In this document: in pieces, positions 24,585 through 32,305 of the stretch
How positions within the stretch are numbered: the first letter of the stretch is position 1
Layout of the letters: the number at the start of each line of letters is the position of its first letter
Source: a virus
Lineage: Duplodnaviria > Caudoviricetes
IMG/VR virus record: IMGVR_UViG_3300011422_000014
Coordinates: 1 to 32,305 of that record
Length of the DNA: 32,305 nucleotides
Reading direction: 5' to 3' (one strand)
Notes under the pieces: generated by a model
Databases searched by the model: none
What the model saw: the letters and a program-made list of their open reading frames with translations, nothing else
What the model was told of the DNA's origin: nothing
Made by a program: the position numbers and the translations under genes

Positions 24585-25583
24585 ATGGCTGCTAGCAGAT
24601 TAAGAGTCTATTCGTCGAGCGACGCGGGCGCGCCCGCACTTCCAGGAACTGTTGGTTCGCTCCTGACTGTTCTAAATGCTGTCCTGGTTAATGGCTACGG
24701 CACTCAACCGGCGGCTGGCTGGTCTAAACCCTTTGCCGATGCGGCGAATATTGGCTGTTACAAGAACGGCACGGGTTCGACCGGTTTGAACCTTGTCGTC
24801 AACGACGCCGGTTACAACGCAACGCCAGGCGCACGCGAGGCCCTCGCTTGTGGTTGGGAGACGCTAGCAGGAATTGCTTCCCCTGTGGGATCCGGCGGCG
24901 GTCAATTCCCGACGCCCGCGCAATTCGGGACGGTGGGCGCCGTGGCCTGGCACAAGTCCACGACGGCTGACGCCACCGCCAGGCCTTGGATTATTTTGGC
25001 CGATGCTCACACGTTCTACATGTGGGTCTTCCACAACGGCGCTAACTATACTCACTGGGGATTTGGGGATCTGTTCAGCGTTAAATCCACCACGGATGCC
25101 TACCGCTGCTTCATCCGGGGCGACACGGTCAACACATCCACTCCCTCGGCAACGACGGCGAAGACGGACGTGATTGCGATAGGGGACGGTTCCCTTTACG
25201 GCATCCAACAAGGTCACGCCGGACATTATATTGCCCGGACGTGGGGCGGCGGAGGGTCGTCGGTTGCTAGCAACGTGTCGGCGGACGGGATGAACTCCCT
25301 GCTGACTGTCGGCATGACCGGACTGGGCTACCAGCGCGGGATTACGAATATCGGCGCGGACAACGCCCTTTACTTCTACCCGCTTCGATGGAATGACGGC
25401 AGTGCCCAAAGGGGTCGGCTGCGAGGTCTGTACGTAAGCCCGCACAATCCTGACATGTTCGTTGAGGGCCAGGTGATTGCCGGCGGCGGTGACTACGCAG
25501 GCAAAGAATTTATGATTATTAAAAATGGCGTTAACGGGGGCGTTTGGTTTGTGGAAATCTCTGAAACCGTGGAGACCAACTGA
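24585..25583 (+). CDS. Virion structural tail protein
   Basis: VYSSSDAGAPAL.G..GSLL.VL.A.LVNGYG...AGW N-terminus seen in phage tail proteins; Gly/aromatic beta-rich. Confidence 0.7.
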   Translation: MAASRLRVYSSSDAGAPALPGTVGSLLTVLNAVLVNGYGTQPAAGWSKPFADAANIGCYKNGTGSTGLNLVVNDAGYNATPGAREALACGWETLAGIASPVGSGGGQFPTPAQFGTVGAVAWHKSTTADATARPWIILADAHTFYMWVFHNGANYTHWGFGDLFSVKSTTDAYRCFIRGDTVNTSTPSATTAKTDVIAIGDGSLYGIQQGHAGHYIARTWGGGGSSVASNVSADGMNSLLTVGMTGLGYQRGITNIGADNALYFYPLRWNDGSAQRGRLRGLYVSPHNPDMFVEGQVIAGGGDYAGKEFMIIKNGVNGGVWFVEISETVETN

Positions 25584-26716
25584 TGTCTGTCATTCCCAGC
25601 GATGTGGCAAACCTAGTGGCCTGGTTTAAGTCCGATATGGGCACGTATCAGGATGCCGCCAAGGCAGTCCCGTGCACCGAGGGCACGACGGTTTACACCT
25701 GGGCGAACCAGGTAGGGGGTGGATTCGACATGGTGCAGGCCAATGCGGCGAGGCGACCGACCTGGGTCTACACTGGGCCGCTCTACAAACCAGAGCTTCA
25801 GTTCATCACCAGCGACGTCCTTGGATCCACTCACGCGCTGATTGCCCAGCCGATAACGGTGTTCATTGCCGGCAAGAGGACCGGGTTCGGTGGCGCTCCG
25901 TCTTGCTGGATGATTAATGGGGACGCAGCCGGTTGCCAGATTGCCCACAGCTCGCCAAATCCGGCTCCGTATATCTGGGCGGGAGGTAGTGTAATTCAGA
26001 GCGCTACCACCATTGGCACAGCCCCGCTGTTCATGTGTGCGCAGTTTAACGGCGCCTCTTCGTTCCTTCGTTTTAACGGCGCGGCTAACGCGTCTGGAAG
26101 TCCTGGGCCGAACGGCGTCACGAACATTCACCTGATGGGAGATGCTGGTGCTACCTACTGGTTGCCGGGTTCCATTTACGAATTCCTCATTTACAACCGG
26201 GCCCTGACTCTGACTGAGATCCAGTCCCTGGAGGAATACTTCGGGTTTCGGTATGGCATCATGGCCACTGCCCTGCACTCGGCCATCAAGAATTCTCCCT
26301 CCCGCGGTTCGGTGGGGGCGCTGAGAAAACTCGTGGTTGGCGGCATCGATTACCGGCTTGGAGTTAAGCGGAACAATTCCGAGGGCAGCCCCAATCCCCC
26401 AAGTCTCGAGATTGACCAACCAAACTTCTTCGCCTTCCGTTGGGGTGTTGACCCAGGGAATCGCACCATCTCGGTGAAGGTGAAGCAGGTTTCGAACGTG
26501 GCCGGACTACGGCCGCAGCTCGTCATAAAGGCCGACGCGTCGCTGGGCGTGCCAGTGGACGTGATTGGCGAGGCGCCGGCGGGCCTGGATTGGGTCACGA
26601 TCGGCCCGGTGGCTGTGAATCCGACGTCATCTGGAGTGCTCTGGGTTGAGATCTGGAACGTGGATACAGATACGTTTGGATCCTCAGCCATCTTCGATCA
26701 TATCGTCGCCCGATGA
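25583..26716 (+). CDS. Concanavalin A/LamG-like domain tail protein (candidate receptor binding)
   Basis: LVAWFKSD...W.NQ...QANAARRPT and GSIYEFLIYNRALTLTEIQSLEEYFGFRYG; extra C-terminal beta domain. Confidence 0.75.
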   Translation: MSVIPSDVANLVAWFKSDMGTYQDAAKAVPCTEGTTVYTWANQVGGGFDMVQANAARRPTWVYTGPLYKPELQFITSDVLGSTHALIAQPITVFIAGKRTGFGGAPSCWMINGDAAGCQIAHSSPNPAPYIWAGGSVIQSATTIGTAPLFMCAQFNGASSFLRFNGAANASGSPGPNGVTNIHLMGDAGATYWLPGSIYEFLIYNRALTLTEIQSLEEYFGFRYGIMATALHSAIKNSPSRGSVGALRKLVVGGIDYRLGVKRNNSEGSPNPPSLEIDQPNFFAFRWGVDPGNRTISVKVKQVSNVAGLRPQLVIKADASLGVPVDVIGEAPAGLDWVTIGPVAVNPTSSGVLWVEIWNVDTDTFGSSAIFDHIVAR

Positions 26717-28317
26717 CCAGCGAGTTTTCCATTTGGAAGGAAGGCGTTCCGGTGGTGACCATAGCCGGGTCACCGGAGTTTTCTCTCTGGAGTGAAGGCG
26801 TTCCATTATCCGACGTGGGCGGCGCCCTGGGTGGGGTGGTGGTGTTTGGCATCACCTATCGCGATCTGTCGATTTTCGATTTGCGGCCGCACTACGATGG
26901 TGTGGCGGCCGGACAGATGGACGACCTCGAGCTTTCCGGAGCCGGGTTTGGCTTAGCGACGCCCTGGCGCGCAAGCGGCGCCGTGCGGCGCACGGTAAAG
27001 CTGCCTCTAGTTGTCCAGGGCTTTGAGACGATTGCCTATTTGCGCAAGTTCTGGGATGTGCATCGCTCCCGCCAGGTGCCTTTCTGGCTTCCGTCGTGGG
27101 TCAACGATTTCGGGCTCGTAGCGGACGCGAGCTCCGGAGCGGCAAGCATCACAGTGGAGGGCCACATGATGAGCACGAAGCACGCGCTCGGCGCGCAATA
27201 CCGGTTTATTGCGCTCCTGACGCGGGCTGGAAAGCTCGAGTGCTACGGCGTGACGGCCGCCACGCCGGCGGGCGCCAATGACACGCTGGTCCTGTCTCGC
27301 GTTCTCGAATCGGATTTGGAAGCGGCGACCACGATCTGTTGTCCACTGCTATTGGTGCGGCCGATCGAGGACCTGCTTGAGTTTGATTATCTGTCGGGAA
27401 ACGTGATCAAGGCCGTAATCGAAACCGTCGAATGCCCTCGGGAATACCCGGCGGCCGCGGAATCTTCATCAGGTACCACCACGGCCCATTTTGGAACTAG
27501 GCCGGTTTTTCTCTATCGAATCTCCGACGGCAGCACGACGCTCACCCTGGCCGATTATGGCGTCGACGTCGAGGCGGCCGCCATCACCTGGCAAGCCGCC
27601 GATGTCACCGGAGATGACATAACCTCGAGCCTCGACATGCTTGGTGACACGCTGCGCGTTACCCTGAAAACGGATGACTCGGCGCATCCTTTGCTCGACT
27701 ATTTGGATCCGCTGCAGTGCCGGAACTACACGGTCGAGGTGTGGATGGCTGATCTGGACGACCTGGCCGCGGTCAATTTGGCGACTCCTGACCACGTGGG
27801 CCGAGTTGAAGAAGTTAGTTTCGGCGAGCAAGGCAGCATCACCCTCGAGGTATCTTCGCTGTTCCGGTTCGGCGAGCAGCGGATCCCGAAGGTCCAAATG
27901 CAACGCCTGGCCAATGAGAGCGTCTATAAGTACGCGACCGAGGCGACATTTACCACCGCGGGCACGATTTCGGGCCTATCGTCGGACCCCGCTTACGTGG
28001 AGGCCGCAGTGTTCGGCACGAAGGCAACCGCGGAGGGGGATCCAAACTGGTTCGCCTTGGGGAAAGTTGTTGCCGGTACCGAGATCCGCATGTGCACAGG
28101 GCAGTCAGGAAATCGGCTGTACTTGAACTACCCTCTGCGCAGAGCTGTTGTTGGCGGCGGGATTAGCGCGGTGGCTGGTGATGACAAACGAGTGAACACC
28201 TGGGCGGCCAAGTTCGGCCAGTTAACCAAGTTCCTGGGCTTTCCCTATATCCCGGCGCGGAACCCGCAGTTTCAGGCATTGGAAACACCCAAGCAAGGTG
28301 GAGGCAAGAAAGGATGA
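26713..28317 (+). CDS. Tail hub protein: D3112-type second repeat fused to DUF2163/BR0599 (gpL-like)
   Basis: PFWLPSWVND; PVFLYRI; C-terminal AGDDK...KFG...FLGFPYIPARNP. Confidence 0.75.
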   Translation: MTSEFSIWKEGVPVVTIAGSPEFSLWSEGVPLSDVGGALGGVVVFGITYRDLSIFDLRPHYDGVAAGQMDDLELSGAGFGLATPWRASGAVRRTVKLPLVVQGFETIAYLRKFWDVHRSRQVPFWLPSWVNDFGLVADASSGAASITVEGHMMSTKHALGAQYRFIALLTRAGKLECYGVTAATPAGANDTLVLSRVLESDLEAATTICCPLLLVRPIEDLLEFDYLSGNVIKAVIETVECPREYPAAAESSSGTTTAHFGTRPVFLYRISDGSTTLTLADYGVDVEAAAITWQAADVTGDDITSSLDMLGDTLRVTLKTDDSAHPLLDYLDPLQCRNYTVEVWMADLDDLAAVNLATPDHVGRVEEVSFGEQGSITLEVSSLFRFGEQRIPKVQMQRLANESVYKYATEATFTTAGTISGLSSDPAYVEAAVFGTKATAEGDPNWFALGKVVAGTEIRMCTGQSGNRLYLNYPLRRAVVGGGISAVAGDDKRVNTWAAKFGQLTKFLGFPYIPARNPQFQALETPKQGGGKKG

Positions 28318-28796
28318 CTCCATTTTTCAACCGGCCGGATAGAGTGGCGGACCTGCGCGAGGTGGCTTTGACCTGGCTCGGCACGCCGTTTGTCGAGAGC
28401 AGCGGCGCCAAAGCGCGCCCCGGTGTTTGCGCGGATTGTTGCTGGGTAGCCATGCCGCTGCAGCGGCTCGGGGCAATCGGAGAGGTACCATGGCCGAGAC
28501 GATACGTCTCCCGCGGTGGCGGTCCTCAGATGCTTGAAATTTTGCTTGGGGTGCTCGATGGCACCGAACGGCTGTTCCAGATCTGGAAACGGTCCGCCGG
28601 CGAGTCCGAGGTGGTGCCGCGGACGCTGGCGGGAGACGTTCTGGTGTTCAGCACGGGCACACGCCTGCACCATTTAGGCTTGGTGCTTGATCACGGGACC
28701 CTGGCGCATAGTTGGAACGGTCAAATCCAACTTGCCAGCTCGCTGGATCACATGGACCTCATCTACGCGATTTACCGGCCACTGGAGGATGCATGA
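28314..28796 (+). CDS. NlpC/P60 tail-associated peptidase
   Basis: WLGTPF, ADC (catalytic Cys), GDVLVF, HHLGL, LAHS. Confidence 0.85.
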   Translation: MTPFFNRPDRVADLREVALTWLGTPFVESSGAKARPGVCADCCWVAMPLQRLGAIGEVPWPRRYVSRGGGPQMLEILLGVLDGTERLFQIWKRSAGESEVVPRTLAGDVLVFSTGTRLHHLGLVLDHGTLAHSWNGQIQLASSLDHMDLIYAIYRPLEDA

Positions 28797-28939
28797 GCAG
28801 CTATGAATACGTTTTCTACGGATTCGCGATTTTCCTATTAATTTGGGCCGCGGCCTGCGCGGTTAGCGATCGCAAAAAGCATGAACCTCGAAGTCTCAAC
28901 AACAAAGGGCGCCACGCCAATGGGCGGCGCCGACGCTAA
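28793..28939 (+). CDS. Possible small single-TM protein
   Basis: ATGA overlap; YVFYGFAIFLLIWAAACAV followed by a basic tail; overlaps the next gene. Confidence 0.35.
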   Translation: MSSYEYVFYGFAIFLLIWAAACAVSDRKKHEPRSLNNKGRHANGRRRR

Positions 28940-29102
28940 GCGGCCCGGTTTAAAGGTGCCAATCGAGGGCCGCGTGTTTACGCAGGCCACCGAATCCGAG
29001 CCTCTGCCGCTCGTCTGGGGAGTTGCGCTGCGGGCCGGGACCTACATCCTGCCCGTTTTTAACGTCACGGCGGTACCCGTGAAGCAACGCATGGGAAAAT
29101 GA
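28881..29102 (+). CDS. Small tail tip assembly protein (gpI-like); alternative start 28920
   Basis: QATESEPLPLVWG..LRAG motif preceding the central tip protein. Confidence 0.65.
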   Translation: MNLEVSTTKGATPMGGADAKRPGLKVPIEGRVFTQATESEPLPLVWGVALRAGTYILPVFNVTAVPVKQRMGK

Positions 29103-29103
29103 T

Positions 29104-31290
29104 ATGGGTAGCAGCCGACGAGTAACCACAGGCTACAACTACTATGGCACATTCGCCCAGGCCCTGGGTGTCGGCCCGGCGACGCGCCTGACGCGGATTT
29201 CGAATGGCGAGACCGACATCTGGACTGGCGACATTGACCAGTCAAGCCGGGATGGTGATGGCAAAACGGTTCTGACCACCACGATTGGAGAGATTCGCTT
29301 CTACTGGGGACGATCCGATCAGCTTCCTGACACGCTCCTGCAGGCCTCCCAAATTGATTTCGGGTCTGGACCCGTTTCCATTCTGGTGCCCGCCTGGCCC
29401 AACGTGATTTACTTCGTGGCGAATTCCGTCGCTTTTGGCGGTCAACCGGTCCCGCCTACTTTGAAGTTTGAGTTTGAGCGAGAAATTTCCCTCCTCACGA
29501 TCACGGCTCACACCATCAATAGCGACGCGGTAATCCCTGAAGTCATTTACGATCTGCTCACCAACACGATGTTTGGGGTGGGCATGCCGACGGCCAAGCT
29601 TAACGCGGAATCGTTCAGGACCGCCTGCGAGACGGTGATCACGGAAGGCATTGGAGCCAGCCCATGGCTGGACGAAAATTCGAGTGTTCGGGAGTTTGTG
29701 GGTCTACTGCTTTCGTATGTGGACGGGTACCTGCGCTATGAGGCTGGACAGATCAAGATGGGGCTGATCCGGAAGGAGAGCTCGGCCGGCCTGCCAGTGA
29801 TCGATGAGAGCACTCTGGCTGACGAGCCCAAACCAGTGAACAAAGGCTGGAATAACACCTGGAATTTTACGCGCCTGGTCTACACCGACCGCGATCGTGA
29901 ATGGCAGGGTGACGCCGTCGAGACCTATGAGGATACCTCGAACGCGGTCCTAACCGGGGAGATCGTGGACGAGGAGATCCGGCTGCCCTTCGTGACTCAG
30001 CGCGAAGTGGCCAAGAAACTGGTGAAACGAAAGGGTCTAAAGGGCGGGATCCCGGCCATGACCTGGGAGCTGGAGGTAATGCCAAGCTTGCGCTACCTGA
30101 TGCCCGGAGACCTGGTGAAGCTGTCTTTCGCCAAGCGCGGGATCAGCCAGCGCGTCGTTCGGATCCAGGAGGTAAATAGATCCGCAAAGGACAATCGGCT
30201 GGTGAGGCTCCTGGTGGTGGAGGAGATAACCCGCGATGAGGCTAACGACTACGTTCCAACGGACAGCGCGTTTACAGGCATCCCGGATGAATTCGCCCTG
30301 GTGTCTACCACACCACGGCTGGCGACGCTGCCGGCAGCCCTCAAGGATGATCAGCCTGATGGTTTTCTTGTGGCCTGCCATCGGCCCCAGCAATTGAGCG
30401 AGGGATTCCGTGTGCATTTCACCTGGGATCCGATCCAAAAGGCCTACGGGGAGATCTACGGCACCACAGCCTACCCTGCTCATGGAACCCTCACCTGGTG
30501 GACGAGAGCCCGAAACAATACAACCTGGATCCTCAGGATCAATTTTCAAACCGCCGCGGACGCGGCATTTGTGCTCTCCCTCCTTGACGACTCGGGTGAG
30601 TTCTATTGCTGCGCCGGCCGAAGGCTCTACAAGAGCGTCGGTAGCACCATTGATCAGCACCAGGTGGACGCCCTATGGCTGCAGGCCGTAGCCGACGGCT
30701 ACAAGGTGGCAATCTCGTCTACGGAGTTGGAGCTCGAATTCACGGATCAGGCTTTCGGAGCGCCGGCGCCGGCGATGGAGACCGAGGCGGGGCAGGGAGT
30801 TTACCCCACAGAGCATTGCTACGTCAGCAGGAAAGCGGATTTCGCGATCGTGACCGGCTCGATGTATTTCGAGCGGTCGGGCGGCAACGCGGCGACCCTC
30901 TGGCGGCCTGCAGGGGTGGATTCTCCAGACACGGACTGGAAACGTTACGTGGCGGTGCCCACCTTTAACGCGGTAGGAAGCCAGGAATTGGCGGATGCGA
31001 GCAGCACCTATTACGATCGCAACGACACAACCATGTGCCCGTTCGGAACACTGGCCACATCCTGGGGCAATCGGGTCAAGACGCTGGCTGAGAGCTTGGA
31101 CTATGCCGGGTTTGCCACTGCCATGGGCGGTGTGCATCCAGACCAGTCCGCGACGGATGCCGCGGATAAGGCGCTCTACCGGATTGCCTATGGGTTTGAG
31201 ACCGAATCGGAATTTCTGCTGGCCGAGGATACAGACGCCATTCTCGGGTTTATGACAGCCACAGGCGCCACTTGGTATAACAAAACATGA
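29104..31290 (+). CDS. Central tail tip protein (gpJ/Phage-tail_3-like)
   Basis: TTGYNYYG...GPATRL, PEVIYDLLTN..FGVG, YTDRDREW, LMPGDLVKL, RIQEV. Confidence 0.85.
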   Translation: MGSSRRVTTGYNYYGTFAQALGVGPATRLTRISNGETDIWTGDIDQSSRDGDGKTVLTTTIGEIRFYWGRSDQLPDTLLQASQIDFGSGPVSILVPAWPNVIYFVANSVAFGGQPVPPTLKFEFEREISLLTITAHTINSDAVIPEVIYDLLTNTMFGVGMPTAKLNAESFRTACETVITEGIGASPWLDENSSVREFVGLLLSYVDGYLRYEAGQIKMGLIRKESSAGLPVIDESTLADEPKPVNKGWNNTWNFTRLVYTDRDREWQGDAVETYEDTSNAVLTGEIVDEEIRLPFVTQREVAKKLVKRKGLKGGIPAMTWELEVMPSLRYLMPGDLVKLSFAKRGISQRVVRIQEVNRSAKDNRLVRLLVVEEITRDEANDYVPTDSAFTGIPDEFALVSTTPRLATLPAALKDDQPDGFLVACHRPQQLSEGFRVHFTWDPIQKAYGEIYGTTAYPAHGTLTWWTRARNNTTWILRINFQTAADAAFVLSLLDDSGEFYCCAGRRLYKSVGSTIDQHQVDALWLQAVADGYKVAISSTELELEFTDQAFGAPAPAMETEAGQGVYPTEHCYVSRKADFAIVTGSMYFERSGGNAATLWRPAGVDSPDTDWKRYVAVPTFNAVGSQELADASSTYYDRNDTTMCPFGTLATSWGNRVKTLAESLDYAGFATAMGGVHPDQSATDAADKALYRIAYGFETESEFLLAEDTDAILGFMTATGATWYNKT

Positions 31291-32138
31291 GCAAACTGAG
31301 CACACTGACCAAAGAAATTTACGACCGCGTGATTCTCACGAAGCGCATTGAGGCCCTCACTGGGGGCACCAATGCGGTCGAGGCCATAGTCGTGAGCAGT
31401 GGAGGCACCGGCTATACGAGCGCGCCAACGGTGGGTTTCACTGGCGGCGGGGGTACCGGCGCGGCGGCAACAGCCACGGTCTCTGGCGGTATTGTGGTGG
31501 CAATCACCATGACGAACCACGGCTCGGGATACACGAGCGCACCAACAATTGGCTTCACGGGCGGCGGCGGCAGTAGCGCAGCGGCTACGGCCATCCTGGG
31601 CGCCACTACGCTGGACGCCATCCCAACAGTGGACCGCGAGGCGGGAATGCTGGTCCTGGCATGCGTGACCAGCGGCGACGGCGTTGTCTACGTCTACCGG
31701 CTGACTGACGGCACAGAGGCGGAAGTCTCTCCGAACGTGATCCGGCCCGACGATTACGCCGGGACCACCAACGAGAAGTACTGGAAGGCCATGGGCATGT
31801 TCGTGCATCACTTCTCACTCGCCGATGGCACGAATCTCGACCTTGGGACTACTACGGGTTCAAAGCTCGGCACGGCGGCAGACCAAAAGCTCGGGCTCTG
31901 GGGCGTGACGCCTGTCGTACAACCCGCTGGCGCGGCTCAGGCGGCCGTGACCCTCGGCAATGCCGACAACGAGATCGGCGGGTTGACGTTCGGTGTTGGT
32001 GGTCCGACCCAGGCAGAAACCAATGCACTGCGCGACAAGTGCGAGGAACTGGCGGACGACGTTCGGAACCTTAGCACCCTGATTCACGCACTGCGGACTG
32101 CCGGGGTAAACGCCGGACTTTGGAAGGGCGCGGCCTGA
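31287..32138 (+). CDS. Terminal tail fibre/appendage-like protein with two G(T/S)GYTSAPT repeats
   Basis: GGTGYTSAPTVGFTGGGGTGAAATA and HGSGYTSAPTIGFTGGGGSSAAATA; C-terminal KLGLWGVTPVVQP...L..AGL. Confidence 0.7.
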   Translation: MSKLSTLTKEIYDRVILTKRIEALTGGTNAVEAIVVSSGGTGYTSAPTVGFTGGGGTGAAATATVSGGIVVAITMTNHGSGYTSAPTIGFTGGGGSSAAATAILGATTLDAIPTVDREAGMLVLACVTSGDGVVYVYRLTDGTEAEVSPNVIRPDDYAGTTNEKYWKAMGMFVHHFSLADGTNLDLGTTTGSKLGTAADQKLGLWGVTPVVQPAGAAQAAVTLGNADNEIGGLTFGVGGPTQAETNALRDKCEELADDVRNLSTLIHALRTAGVNAGLWKGAA

Positions 32139-32213
32139 TCAATCGGGTTGTCCGCGAAGTTGCTGTAGACCTTCATTGCAGCCCCCAGGCAGCAGGATTG
32201 CAGAATCCCTGCA

Positions 32214-32285
32214 ACCCTTTTCATGATCAACCGGCCATTACGCGGAATATACCCTTTTCATTGTTCTAGCCTACCCTTTTCAACA
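32214..32285 (-). repeat. Candidate phage right end with three transposase-binding-like repeats
   Basis: ACCCTTTTCA at 32214, 32251 and 32273; the outer two are 22 bp apart; CA at 32284-32285 (alternative 32287-32288). Confidence 0.6.
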
Positions 32286-32305
32286 TCAACTGTCCCTTAC
32301 CTGGG

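Larger units (their letters stand above)
197..32285 (+). mobile_element. Mu-like transposable (pro)phage with siphovirus-type tail; left end (c/ner/A/B) outside the window
   Basis: Gam-like gene, Mu-order gp25/26/27-terminase-DUF935 portal-MuF-gpG-protease I-capsid-gp36/37 synteny, no tail sheath, all genes on + strand, repeated sites ending in CA at the right end. Confidence 0.9.

Noticed and set aside
29090-29110. Frameshift or pseudogene splitting the tail tip gene
   Set aside because: A small PLVWG-type gene followed by a separate MG...GYxY tip gene is, to my knowledge, the normal layout in D3112-like tails, and the second gene has its own ATG
24585-32138. Diversity-generating retroelement or invertible tail-fibre segment
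   Set aside because: No reverse transcriptase, invertase, TR/VR pair or flanking inverted repeats seen

Overview
Almost the whole window is one co-directional (+ strand) Mu-like transposable prophage or phage with a non-contractile, D3112/B3-type tail. Gene order is: semi-essential early region (Gam, two HNH-like genes, a ParB-like/DnaA-CTD fusion, small accessory genes), terminator and structured leader, lysis/gp25-gp27 block, terminase, DUF935 portal, MuF, gpG, protease/scaffold, decoration protein, capsid, an inserted cold-shock gene, neck, tail tube, chaperones, tape measure, tail tip, and a candidate right transposon end at about 32285. The left end (repressor, ner, transposase A/B) is absent, and the window starts in low-quality poly-G sequence. 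A-rich, mostly SD-less translation starts, TN-rich lipoproteins and 7-10 bp microrepeats suggest a Verrucomicrobia/PVC host (inference). The most unusual points are: (1) an A-[A/V]-N(E) motif shared across head proteins, a probable prohead-protease site, which also separates an N-terminal membrane anchor from the decoration protein and a foreign-looking C-terminal domain from MuF; (2) a lysis slot with no endolysin but a u-spanin-like lipoprotein; (3) a cold-shock gene behind a long hairpin inside the head operon, plus a multibranch late-leader RNA; (4) a repeated 53-bp heptamer element and other microrepeats at gene or domain junctions; (5) a tail hub protein that has lost its Fe-S cysteines; (6) a deviant terminase Walker A. 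All protein assignments come from motif recognition and synteny only; no searches were run.
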